The notes below the pieces were generated by a model, which was not told the DNA's origin, ran no database searches, and saw only the letters and a program-made list of their open reading frames with translations. The position numbers and the translations under genes are program-made. DNA of 64,000 bases. Source: the human T2T-CHM13v2.0 reference genome, Homo sapiens. Shown piece after piece: positions 11,236-24,270 of the stretch (the first letter of the stretch is position 1; the number at the start of each line of letters is the position of its first letter). The DNA lies in NCBI RefSeq assembly GCF_009914755.1, contig NC_060929.1, one strand, 5' to 3'.

Positions 11236-11358
11236 ATTTAAAATTGGTGAGATGTTCCTTGGGCTGGTCAGTCTGAGGACCTGAGGTCATAGGTGGATCT
11301 TTCTCATGGAGCAAAGAACAGGATTACAGGGGATTGATCTCCCAAGGGAGGTCCCCCG

Positions 11359-11376
11359 ATCTGAGTCATGGCACCA
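11359..11376 (-). promoter_or_regulatory. Primer-binding site, tRNA-His
   Basis: TGGTGCCATGACTCAGAT, versus the HERV-H consensus TGGTGCCGTGACTCGGAT (two CpG-type transitions), 2 nt after the 5' LTR. Confidence 0.9.
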
Positions 11377-11378
11377 AA

Positions 11379-11829
11379 TTTCATGTGCGTCCGTGTGAAG
11401 AGACCACCAAACAGGCTTTGTGTGAGCAACATGGCTGTTTATTTCACCTGGGTGCAGGCGGGCTGAGTCCGAAAAGAGTCAGCAAAGCGAGATAAGAGTG
11501 GGGCCATTTTATAGGATTTGGGTAGGTAAAGGAAAATTACAGTCAAAGAGGGTTTGTTCTCTGGTGGGCAGGAGTGGGGGGTCACAAGGTGCTCAGTGGG
11601 GGTGCTTTTTGAGCCAGGATGAGCCAGGAAAAGGACTTTCACAAGGTAATGTCATCACTTAATTCAAGGACTGTCCATTTACACTTCTTTTGTGGTGGAA
11701 TGTCATCAGTTAAGATGGGGCAGGCATATTCACTTCTTTTGTGATTCTTCAGTTACTTCAGGCCATCTGGGTGTATACGTGCAAGTCACAGGGTATGTGA
11801 TGGCTTGGCTTGGGCTCAGAGGCCTGACA
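11379..11829 (-). promoter_or_regulatory. HERV-H 5' LTR (LTR7) promoter
   Basis: Minus strand TGTCAGGCCTCTGAGCCCAAGCCAAGCC...CATGAAA. TATAAAA at 11507-11513. Two ACAAAAGAAG blocks at 11684-11693 and 11733-11742. Confidence 0.95.
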
Positions 11830-14019
11830 GTTATTTGTTTTGTGCTTGCTCCATTGTTTAAGTTCCTTATAGATTCTGGATGTTAAACCTTTCTCAGATG
11901 CATAGTTTGTGAATTTTTTCTCACATTCTGTAGGTTGTCTGTTTACTTCCTTGATAGTTCCTCTTCTGTGAAGAAGCTCTTTAGTTTTCTTATGTCCCAC
12001 TTGTCAATTTTGTTGTTGTTGTTGCAATTGCTTCTGAAGACTTAGCCATAAATTCTTAACCAAGGCCGATGTCCAGAAGGGTATTTCCTAGGATTGCTTC
12101 TAGAATTTTTATTGTTTGAGTTTCTTACATTTAAGTCTTTAATCTATCTTGACTTAATTTTTGCATACGGTGATAAGCAGGAGTCCAGTTTCATTCTTCT
12201 GCATATAGTTAGCCAGTTATCCCAGCTTCATTCATTGAGTGGGGAGGCTTTTCCTCATTGCTTATTTTTGTCGAGTTTGTCAAAGATCAGATAGTTGTAG
12301 GTTTGTGGCTTTATTTATGGGGTCTACATCTGTTCCATTGATCTATGTATGTGTTTTAGTCACTGTGGCTTTGTAGTATAGTTTAAAGTTGAGTAATGTG
12401 ATGCCTCTGGCTTTGTTATTTTTGCTTAAGATTGCTTTGGCTATTCTTTTATGGTTTCATATGAATTTCAGAGCAGATTTTTTCTAATTCTGTAAAAAAT
12501 GATGTTGGTAATTTGTTGTGAATAGCATTGAATCTCTAACTTGCTTTGGGCAGCATGGTCATTTTGATTATATTGATTCTTCCAGTACATGAGCTTGTAA
12601 TGTTTTTCATTTATTTGTGTCATCTCTGACCGTGTTTTGTAGTTCTCATAGTTATCCTTTACCTCCTTGGTTAGATATATACCTAAGTATTTCACTATTT
12701 TTTGTGGCTGTCATAAATGAGATTGTCTTCTTGATTCAGCTCTCAACTAGGATGCCATTGGTGTATAAAAATGCTACTGATATTTTTCTGTTCTGATTTT
12801 GTATCCTGAAACTTTACTGAAGTCGTGTATCAGTTCTAGGTGCCTTATGGCAGTCTTTAGGGTTTTCTAGGTATGGAATAATTTTACCAGTGAAGAAAGA
12901 CACTTTGACATCTTCTTTTTCTATTTGGGTCCCCTTTATTTCTTCCTTTTGCCTGATTGCTCTGGCTGGGACTTCCAGTACTATATTGAATAGGAGTGGT
13001 GAGAGTGGGCATCCTTGTCTTGCTCCAGTTCTTAAGGGGAATGTTTCCAGCTTTTGCCCATTCAGTATAATGTTGGCTGTGAGTTTACCATAGATCGCTC
13101 TTATTATTTTGATGTATGTACCTTCAATGCCTAGTTTGTTGAGCATTTTTATCATGAAGGAGCGTTAGATTTTAACAAGTTTTTTTCTGCATCTATTGAG
13201 ATGATCATATATTTTTTGTTTTTAATTCTGTTTATATGGTGAATTACATTTTTGACTTTCATATGTTGAACCAACCTTGCATCCCAGATATAAATCCTAC
13301 CTGATCATGGTGAATCAACTTTTTGATGTGCTGCTTGATACAGGTTGTTTGTATTTTGTTGAGGGTTTTTGTGTCTATGTTCATCAACGATGTTGGCCCC
13401 AAGTTTTCTTTTTTCATTGTGTCTCTGCCAGATTTTGGTATCAGGATGATGATTTAGTTAAGGAGGAATTCCTCTTTTATTTTTTGGAATAGTTTCAGCA
13501 GTATTGGTACCAATTCTTCTTTGTACAACTGGTAGAGTTAAGCTGTGGATCCATCTGGTCCAGGGCTTTTTTTGGTTGATAGGTTTTTATCACTGATTCA
13601 ATTTTGGAACTTATTATTGGTCTGTTAAAATTTTCACTTTTTCCTGGTTCAATCTTGAGTGGTTGTGTGCTTCCAGGAATTTATCCATTTTCTCTAGATT
13701 TTCTAGTTTGTTTGCCTATTGGTGTTCATAATAGTATCTGATAATCTTTTGAATTTCTGTGGGATCAATTGTAATGTCATCCTTTTCATTCTGATTGTGT
13801 TTATTTGGATCTTCTCTCTTTTGTCCTTGGTTATCTAGCTAGCAGTTTATCAATGTTGTTCATTCTTTTGAAGAACTACCTTTTTGTTTCATTGATCTTT
13901 TGTATGAATTTTTGTCTCTCAATTTTGTTCAGTTTATCTCTAATTTTACATTTTTCTTCTGCTAGCTTTGGGGTTGGTTTTTCTTTCTAGTTTCTCTAGG
14001 TGCATTGTTAGATTGTTAA

Positions 14020-14352
<333 letters not shown>

Positions 14353-15669
14353 TGACATAAGCACAAAACAGTAAACTATTCATAGCTAAAAGTTACTTCG
14401 AATTTCTCTGCACCAAACTCAGTATTAAGTGTTTCCGACTCAGTATATTTAATCTTCATGGCAACTTTTTTAATGTAAGCATTATTTTGTAAATGAATAA
14501 ATTGAGACAGGGAGGTTAACCTTCTCAAGGATGCCCAGGTGCTTTGTACCACAGGAGAGTAGAGATGGTAAAACACACAAAGGAGAGCTTCTGTCAACTT
14601 TGAGTTCGGACTGGCAGTGTGACTGCCCTATGGGGAGGCTCAGGTGATGGTATGGCCAGTCCCTATCCATGGTAGACCCTTAGTGCCTTGTGAATTTGCT
14701 TTTTTTCCTTCCTCAACTTCCTGATTCCTACACCTAATAAAAGGAGCTGTGGGACGACAGACAAGATAGTCTATTTCAGAACACAGTTGACAGTTTATAG
14801 ATACTTCCCAGCTGAGTAAAGAATGCCCTTTACTGAATTAACCAGCCACCCTGTACTAGAAGGCTTGGAGCCTGTTAGTATAACTGTGCCAGTTCATTTG
14901 GTTCCATCAAATATCGTCACGACACTGCAGGTGACCTTCAAGGAAGTATTGGCTGCTTCTCGGTGGACCTGCTGGAGCTAAACCAAATTTTTCCTCATTA
15001 TTGACCTCATCCATGAGGATGTGAATATGAATATAAAATATTCATATTCATATTTATATCTAATGTGATGTTCCCATCAACCCTCTGAAAAGACTATGCT
15101 TCAACTAGAGTTGGTTTTGTAGAACACCCACTATCATTATATTTTCACAGCCAGCTTCTGGAAGAAAGAAACAAATCACCCGAGGTTGTTTCCATACAGG
15201 AGAAGGACAGAAAATTGGCAACCAGGCATCAAAGTATGGCTTCTGTGGACTCTAGAGAGTCACAGCTCCAGTGCTGGAAAGAGTCACCCGAATTGCAAAA
15301 GGAGGCCTCGCTGCCCATCTCATAACAAGGATGCTTCCTAGGGCCTTCTCAAGTAAAATAAGAGTGGAAACTGGCTTTGGATCACCTTATGTGGACTGCA
15401 GAAGCTCAGCTCAGACTAGAAAATAGTGCTCCTTTGGCCACACTGCTTATTTGTTAATTTTTAAATTTGTAGATTGCACAAAGATCTAAAACTGTTGTAA
15501 TTCACTGTGCTCCATTCACAATCATTGTCTTCCTTGCCTACACTCAAAACTGTCACCATTATCTTTGAAGTACTTCTTCCTCTAACTTTGCCCATCCATC
15601 AACCCAGTTTCCAAAAGGCCATTTTATAGACCAACTCATCACAATCAACTGAGTAGCTTTGTAGATCTA

Positions 15670-16000
15670 CTGATCCCAGGCCCTCATCTGGTAATCAAAG
15701 AGATTCTTATTCAATAACTCTGTGGTGGAGCTAAAGAATATTTTAAGAATATTGCCCCACAATATCAAATGCATTGGCAAGGTCTCCCGGGAGGGAATCT
15801 TGGTGCCTGGGACAATGGCGTAGTGGTGCAGGGGATCCTTTTCACTGCATACCTTTTTCAGTATTTTAGATTTGTATCCAGTGAATGTTTTACTTATTTC
15901 TACAAAACAGAATTCACAATGAATGCATAAATAAACAAATGCATAAAAACATGTTCCCTTGGTGATTCTGCTGCACAGCCAGGTTTGAGAATCACTGCAT
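15670..16000. mobile_element. MER5-type hAT-Charlie MITE fragments, interrupted
   Basis: cccaggccctcatc...agagattcttattcaataactctgtggtggagctaaagaat and ccttggtgattctgctgcacagccaggtttgagaatcactg. Confidence 0.5.
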
Positions 16001-17936
16001 TAACTCATCACAAGGGAAAAAAATAAATTCAAATTGATTAGCCCATTTACCAATCTTCCAGTGTAGACATCTGCCTTGTATCCCCAGTGATTAATACAGG
16101 GCCTGCCTGGAGGGTAAGCAATAAATATTTGTTGAATTTAAATCAGTCTTCATCTGTCCTTTACAACAGACTGAGGTGAACATCATCTCTTGAGGTTGAG
16201 TTCTGTATGTATTTTTATATGCCCCCTGCAAAGCTAGGGGCCACAGCACCATATCTTGTGTGATAAATTCCAGTTTCTAAGTGTCTAGCACTGAAGTGCA
16301 TTTAATCAGGCTGGTCCCAGGGAAAAATGGGATACCGTCTCTGATCCTGTTCTTTAAAGAATATAAATAGTCATCTTTCAAGATAAATTTGAAAAGGGCC
16401 TTGGGTCAAAAGTCAGAAGTTTGTATATACAGGGAGTAGTTAGGGATTAGGGAAGTCTTCATGGGGGAGAAAGGCACATCTTGACCAAGCTCATCAGAAT
16501 GATTAAGATGTCAGTGAACGGTGATATCATAGGAAAGGCGGACTCAGGGGTTAAGACATTCCAGGTGGAAGTATAGGAATGGGAAAGTGTAGCATTGGAA
16601 AGGCCACAAGTGGAAAAGCATATTTGGGAAAAACAGGGAGCAGCTAGCTATAGGAAAGAAAAACTGGGACACATAGTCTGGAGAGGGTGGGGCTGGGTTG
16701 TGGGAGGCCTAATGTAAGTAATGCGAAAGTCTTTGAAATGATATGCGCAGGCAGGGAATCATAATTGTTATTATAATTTTTAAGTCCTGGTTGGTCCTGT
16801 AGGTAAACTGGGCTACTATTTTAAGCAAGAAATATGCTCCAAAGCTTGCTGCAAAAGCTGAACAGTACACGAGGAAGCAGGCTCTTTGGCAAAAGAATGT
16901 GTTCCCCAGACAGATTCAGCCAGGTTTTGATGTTGAACCCGCTGAGAACAATGAGAAGAGAGGTAGTGAGTGGAAAGAATAAAAAGATAATTACTACTTA
17001 AAGAAAGAAATGTAGAAGCAGATAAAATAACTGTTTTCTCCTCTCAAATGTAACAGGGAAAGAAATGCTGAGATGGGTAATGATAAAAAGTGGCCCAAGA
17101 TGAAATAAAGTATGCAAGCGACAGAAATCGATTCCCTGACTATTGTGTATCCATTCTGGGCTCAAAGGCAGAGCTAACCTGGACTTTTGTTCCACATTCT
17201 CAGCTCAGTAAATTCCTCTTATTTTCCCTGAAGCACTTCCTACTGAGGCATTGATGGGAATGGTGGAATATGTTCTTCCTTCCAGATTTAACGCTGCCAG
17301 CCAGCCATAGTGTGAACTCCCAACAGGTGTTGAGGAGCACCAGAAACATAGGAGTCCAAGCTAATGGAAAATAGAGCAAATGAAAGCATTTCCTAAGAGC
17401 GCTGTTTGCCCACAAATGTTTTGAGGGGGGACATATGAAAGAAATCACACAAAATTAACTTCTTTCAGTGTCAGTTACATTCCCCCAGGACAGCGATGAA
17501 ACCTGGTGAGCATGGATCACACTTATGAATTTCAGCCCCAAACTAGATGTAGTTATTTGTTTTACAGACTAAGCAAAGTTTAAGAGGTGGAAGTTACCTT
17601 TTGACGCAACCGGAAGCAAAATTTCCCCTGCTTTCTGACACTTGATGTACTTACTTAGTTTTAGGTCTTACAAATCAAGGCACATTGCTTAACAGATTAT
17701 TCTCTCTCTCTCATTTTTAATTTTCATGCTCCTATTCATAGCTCTTTACGTAGGAGATGAGGATAAATATAGAGAAGATGCTCCTCACTCAAGCCATTCT
17801 ATTCCTCTGTCTGGCTGAGCGGAACTTCCCCTTAGGATAACACATAACTAGTTTACTCTGCTTTAGTCTTTAGGGAGCTATGAGAAGTAAATTTGCTTGG
17901 GAAAAGATCCGGAAACAAAACTAGGCATTGAAAAAG

Positions 17937-18097
17937 CAGGACCAGCACTCAGGTGAGGTGAATAAAGTAAGTAAGGCACACAATTTAAGAAGTCACTCCC
18001 GCTCCGGGTCACACAGCACAGGGTTGGCCCTGGGAGTGGACACCTCCTTCAATTTTAATCCCTGGGTGTCTCACTTGCCTCACCCTAGTCTCTGCCT
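17937..18097. mobile_element. Small hAT-type MITE (MER96-like)
   Basis: Imperfect terminal inverted repeats: caggaccagcactcaggtgaggtgaa versus tctcacttgcctcaccctagtctctgcc, with internal aatttaagaag/ctccttcaattt symmetry. Confidence 0.5.
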
Positions 18098-19439
18098 AGA
18101 GCCCCAGTGTTCCATTCATAAACACCCAAGTCGCCTTGATATTTCATGCAATCAGTTCACCATTTATTCAGGAGATACATATCTGAATATGATTCACAAT
18201 ATCCAGACGTTTTTCAAGTTGTTTCATCTGTTTCTTTCACTGGCAATGGCCCCAAGCATGTTAACTTTGTATTTTCCTTATTGCTTCCTGCAGAGAATCT
18301 TAGAGGCACTACAGGAAGCTGACATTAAGTGAATTTGAGAAAGTAAAATAATAGTGAGGTGTTAATGATCACCTCCAAAATTTATCTGTTTTATATTTTC
18401 TTGTTTTAATTTTCTACAAGTTTGAAACTTTCTATACATTTGGATTCCTGAAATTCACTGTCCCACAGGCCCACCAGGAGGCTAAACAAAATGAGAGCAG
18501 CCATTGCTCTCTTTATTGTCAACTGATCCTGCATAAGATCTCCTTCAACGCTATATGCCATATTGCCATGTCTTAAACTGCTGGCTGCTGGATTCTCAGG
18601 GATGAATTAATTGGGAATGTACTGTTAACCACCTGGAAAAGTGGATTCTTTCATTCTAGGATTCTGATTTAGTACCTTGCCAAAGAAAATGATCTCTATT
18701 AACTCGATAACAGAGGATTAGTTAGAATCCTTAGTCATTGCTGAAGGCTATGGTGACACGATAGCTGAATGCCTAAGAAGGATGCTGCTTTTCAGATGGT
18801 CAGCTGTATTAATACTTTTCTTTGTGACTATTTGCTTTTATCCTTAGCAAGTTTTTTCCTGTTTACCTATATTATTTTTCTTTTTGATTTTTCATTTAAA
18901 ATGTACTGAACTCTTTTATTCTTCTAGAATTTCTTTTTGTACATGTTCTAAGGAGAACATCTAAATTTATTTTTCTCTGGTTAGTAAAGCAATTCACCTA
19001 ATACTATTCATTTCAGAATTTCTCAAGTCTGTGTACACATGAACCCCCTTAAGCACATAAAAAATAAACTTTCAAATAATTAAGGACAAGGAGAAAAGGC
19101 TTACTATGCTACATTAACTATAAAACATCAGATACAAAACTGAATCAATTTGATCCATGTATAATGTTATACACTATACATGAATATAAATAAAATGTGT
19201 TTTACTTAAACATTTAAAAAGGTTAAAAAACACACCTAATTCTTAGTAGTTGTATGTATCTCGGGTGATAAAATTATAGGCAATTTTTATTGTTTTCTGT
19301 ATACTTTATGAGTTTTCTGAATATCCTCAATGGGCATATATTATTTTTATAATATAATGGTATCAAGATTAAAAATTTAAAACTTTTTTGCCTATTACAT
19401 TAGCAAAGTGAAAAATACATATATTCAGGAGAATTCTGA

Positions 19440-20360
19440 GCAGAGGGTGGCAATGGCTATAAAGTTTTTCAATCTCTGAATGCCCCCATAAAATTTGAGC
19501 AACTTTATGGCAAAACACAGACAACATTGACAACAAAACTAGGTGAGGTGTCCCCACAAACCCTAAAATATAAGCCACCAACAGCCACAAGATCTATGGG
19601 GTATTGGCGTTTTTGTGGAGAACACAACTGAAACTATAGGCCAGCATTTTATAGGGCTGAGAACAGAGAACCCCAAAAACTTAATAGGTATTCACCGGAA
19701 AGTACCACAGGCTAACTAGAGAACAGCAGCTGAAATGAGGGTGGGGTTTACTCTACCCCATATCAAATGAGTGCAAGAAATCTGGTGCTAGAGAGGTGTG
19801 AGGGAGCTGCAGCCATCAGCCAAAGCTTGAGATGAATTCTCAAAATAGCCAGAGCTCCTGCTAGGATGGGCCCGCCCTCAGGAATAACTGCTGGGAGTAG
19901 AATCAAAATTGAGCAGGAGATGGACACCAGGGACAAGAAAAGACAACACTGGGGAGGAGAACAGAGCTGGGAGACCTCAGGAAGCAGGCTGCCTATTTTG
20001 GAGCATTATGAAACAGACGAGGGAGCTCTGTGAAGTTATAAAAGCTTTCCTGAACCACGCCCATTCTAAAAGTGCAGAGAACCAATTACACATAAAAATG
20101 GGCAACAGAAAAGTATGAAGGCCAAACCCATACTCAGTTATTATAAGAAAAAAGAGAATAAGGGGCAGAATAACATCTCTGCAGACAATGAAAGCATGTT
20201 AGAAAGATATGCTCCCAAACAACAAAACTATATCCTACAATTTTAAAACTAAAAGAGATTAAGAAAATGATATGACATTAAAGAACAATACAAATCAAAA
20301 TTAGAAAAACATAAAAATGTGATGACAAAACTTGAGAAAGAACTAAAAATAATAAAAAAT
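19440..20360 (+). mobile_element. Ancient L1M/HAL1-like 5' region relic
   Basis: 5'UTR-like stretch followed by A-rich ORF1-like text (gaacaatacaaatcaaaattagaaaaac...gacaaaacttgagaaagaac). Family uncertain. Confidence 0.45.
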
Positions 20361-20549
20361 GGTGATAGCCCTATAATGTTTTTTAGACATAAAGAGACAT
20401 AGACATGAGCATCAGTTGTCAGCTTATAGGAATCTATAGAACTAAAACTAAGTGAGAGCTAAGAAGGGGAGGATAGAATTCATAAGTACTATGTATTATG
20501 ACAATGCAGATAGAGTAGAACTCCAAGAAATACAGGAGAAGAATGTGTA

Positions 20550-21004
20550 AGTCATATGCAAAAATAATTGTAATATTTTCAGGAATTGTATTCACTAATA
20601 TTAGTATTAGTCTCAATATTATTATTTGGATACTGTTGTATGTATAATATGTGAATAAACAAATGAGTAATTATGGAATATTTTCATTCTATCACACCTG
20701 CTGTTCTTGAGAACCAAGATTCTCAGTGTGAAAGAAAGGAGATGCATATATAATAGAGGGAAAGTTGAGTAAAAGTTCTGTAGGCTTAAATTTGAATTAG
20801 AGGCAGCAAAATAAACTTATGTGGTCTTTTATCTTTATATATGTATGTGTGTATGTGTGTATTTCCTAGCTCTGGATACTAATGAATGGAGAAGCCTAGA
20901 GACAACGATCATCCCAGTAGCAATGAGCTCTAGTACCCAGATTGTGGTATTGAAATAAAATTTGTCTCTAAAAGAAACCTAGGCTCCGTAAAGAAATAGC
21001 TAAT
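20550..21004 (+). mobile_element. L1MC (L1MC4-like) 3'UTR fragment
   Basis: gaaccaagattctcagtgtgaaagaaaggagat...tatttcctagctctg...cccagtagcaatgagc...cccagattgtgg...aaagaaacctaggctcc. Confidence 0.65.
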
Positions 21005-21229
21005 GGCTGGGAGTGGTGACTCATGCCTGTAATCCCAGCACTTTGGGAGGCCAAGCCAGGCAGATCACATGGTTGGGAGTTCGAGACCAGCCTGACCAAC
21101 ATGGAGAAACCTCGTCTCTCCTAAAAATACAAAAGTAGCTGGGCGTGGTGGTGCATGCCTGTAATCCCAGCTACTCAGGAGGCTGAGGCAGGAGAATCAC
21201 TTGAACCCAGGAGGCGGAGGTTGCAGTGA
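21005..21229 (+). mobile_element. Alu (AluSp-like), 3'-truncated
   Basis: Diagnostic gggagttcgagaccagcctgaccaacatggagaaacc. Stops at ggttgcagtga with no last ~55 nt and no poly-A. Confidence 0.92.
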
Positions 21230-22250
21230 ATGAGGCCGAGTCCACACAGTTGTGGGCTGCCAAGTCAAGGTGATTGTTTCAATAGGCCACAAACACTTTT
21301 AAGGATCTAATCATGAGATAAGAGAAGATGAAAGATACCTCTAGGTGTCATCAATATCTCCAAAGAATGGAATAAATAAGAATATCATCAACAGGCAATG
21401 AGCCCAACTTGGAGGGAAACTCAGACAGCTAACAACTATTTCAGCTGATTTGCTCAGCTTCATTTGAAAAGGAAATAAGGCAGAATGGAGTCCTTCAATC
21501 AGATGGTTTAATCCTATCTTCAGGGAAGGCAAAAATCATTCTGTTAGAGATGAGAGCTGCCTTTTTAAACCAGTTAAAAACACTTAAACAGATAAAACAC
21601 AAAAGCTGATGAGAAAAATAGGGCATTGAATCAGGCAGTTTTTTTTCAGATTCTTGATAAACTTTCATCACAAGGAGATTTATTATTGGAAATCAAAGAG
21701 GAATGAGCTATTAATAAATGTATTAATGGGAGTAGAAGTATTACTCATACTTTTAGTAATATTTAATATAATTAATAGCAAAAATGAGACAAATATCCAA
21801 ATGGTATCAATTTGAATATTTTATCTACAAATGTATAGACATACAACTTTAATTTGATAACAATCACTAAAAAATGAAACTTAAAGGGTGATTTTTGTCC
21901 TTAATTTTAACCATTTAGGGGAAATGGAAATTAAGGTCATTTCATAAATTAACAAATAACTCAAAACTAATAACTAAGGTAAAAATTCAAAATAAAAATA
22001 ATAAAAAACTGATTATTAATGAATATTTAGCCAGAGCAGAGTGATTTTAAAATGGTAAAGATCACTATTTCAAAATGATAAAAAAAAACTCAAGGACTTT
22101 ATAGATGCTGACATTTTTAGAGAAATTTTAAAATTCTCACTTTTGTATGAAGAGTTTATTTTATCACCCTGAGACAAAAAATGTTCTGGGTATTTTAGCC
22201 AAAGTTAAATAATACTTAAATTTGCAAGATTTTTATTGAACGCTAAAGGC

Positions 22251-22424
22251 CATTGATTCTCAATCATGGTTGCACATTAGAATCATCTGGACAACTTTAA
22301 AAATATTAATTCTGCATCTTAGTCCAGACTGATTAAATTAGAATCTCCGGGAATAGGGTTGGGCATCAGTTTTTTCAAAAGTCCTCCAGATGATGCTATT
22401 GTGCTGTCAGGGTTCAGGACCATT
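22251..22424. mobile_element. MER5 (A/B) MITE
   Basis: ttctcaatcatggttgcacattagaatcatctgg...ttagaatctccggga...ctccagatgatgctattgtgc...gggttcaggaccatt. Confidence 0.75.
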
Positions 22425-23080
22425 AATTTAGATAGTGAAGAGAAAATTGTAAACATGATGAGAGTAAGAACGATGTGTGATTTATTCAACACGGTGCTTG
22501 GGGCACAATAAATGCTCAATAAAGATGGAGTGAATGGAGTAATTTAATAATCATGTGGCATATCTATAATTAGGAAAGCCTACCAATACTTCCTATCCCC
22601 ATCATATCATTTTTAAAGTTGTCCATGCTGAGTGATAACTTATTTTTAGTTCTTCTTGATTATACATTCAAATAATATTTTCAAATCCAAAATCTAAAGA
22701 AATGAAATATCTTTTGAAATGAAGTTGAATTTTAATGTGCCTACTTCTTGTCCTAAAGGAACCAGCTGCCTTGTCTTGTTACCATTATAACAAGCACCTC
22801 ATAGGTGGTGCCCCTAAGCACCTCATATGTGGTGACACAGTGCTGAGCTTGTGGCCTAAGGAGCCATGCCTTCATACATTTTTTATGGTGACCTGCTGTC
22901 ACATATATTTTACATCAGAGCCAGGATATCCATAAATTTAAATCTGAAACAAATATCAATATTAACCTTTAATATGTGAAATAATCTCTGATATGTTCTA
23001 TTTAATTCACTAAAAATATTAGTAAAATCTCAATTTCATGACCACTAGGGAATCTTTAAAAAACTTTGAAAAACACTGCT

Positions 23081-24270
23081 AGTGTATGCTACTGAGTTTT
23101 GTACGTTGATTTTGTATTCTGAAACTTTGCTGAAGTTGTTTATAAGATCTAGGAGCTTTTGGACAGAGATTGTGGGGTTTTCTATCTATAGAATCATATT
23201 ATCTGCAAACAAAAAGCAGTTGCAACAAAAAGAAAAATTGACAAAGGGGACCTAATTAAACTAAAGAGCTTCTGCACAGCAAAAGAAACTATCAACAAAC
23301 TAAACAGACAGTCTACAGAATGGGAGAAAATATTCACAAACTATGCATCCAACGAAGGTCTAATATCCAGCATCTACAAGGAACTTAAACAAATTCACAA
23401 GAAAAAAAACCAACCACCAACCCCACTAAAAAGTGGGCAAAGGACATGAAAAGACACGTTTCAAAAGAAGACATACACATGGCCCACAACCATATGAAAA
23501 AATATTCAGCATCACTAATAGTTAAAGAAATGCAAATCAAAACTACACAAGATACCACCTCACACCAGTCAGAATGGATATTATTTAAAAAGACAGAAAA
23601 GACGCTAGTGAGGTTGTGGAGGAAAGCAAATACTTATACACTGCTGGTGGCAATGTAAATTAGTTCAATCATTATTGAAAGCCGTGTGGTGTTTTCTCAA
23701 AGAATTTAAAACAGAACTACAGTTTGACCCAGAAATCCCACTATTGGGTAAATACCCAGAGGAATGCAAATTGGTCTACCATGAAGACTTATGCACACAT
23801 ATATTCATCACAGCACTATTCACAATAGCAAAGTCATAGAATCAACCTAAATGCCCATCAATGGTAGACTGTATAAAGAAAATATGGTACATATTCACCA
23901 TGGAATACTATGCAGCCATAAAAAGAACAAGACCATATCCTTTGCAGCAACATGGATGATGCTAGAGGCCATTATCCCAAACAAACTAATGCAGGGACAG
24001 AAAACAAATACCACAAGTTTTCACTTATAAGTGGGAGCTAAACATTGACTACACATGGACACAAAGAAGGGAACAACAGACACTGGGGCCTACTTGAGGT
24101 TAAATGGTGGGAGAAGGACAACTATTAAAAAATTACTTATCGGGTACTATGCTTATTACCTGGGTGATAAAGCAATCTATATACCAAACCCCCATGACAT
24201 GCAATTTACCTAGATAGTAAACCTGCACGTGTACCCTGAACCTAAAAGTTAAAAAACAAACAAACAAAAA
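23081..24270 (+). mobile_element. L1PA (old) with 5' inversion
   Basis: About 130 bp of antisense ORF2 (23081-23210) joined to the sense ORF2 end, 3'UTR and A-rich tail (23211-24270). Confidence 0.88.

Larger units (their letters stand above)
5922..11829 (-). mobile_element. HERV-H provirus (LTR7-int-LTR7), common internally deleted ~5.9-kb form
   Basis: Two ~450-bp LTR7 copies, perfect 5-bp TSD GTTAT (5917-5921, 11830-11834), His PBS, polypurine tract, and gag/pol peptides. Confidence 0.97.

Noticed and set aside
17928-18332. 134-aa ORF
   Set aside because: Non-ATG start, runs through a MITE, no recognisable domain.
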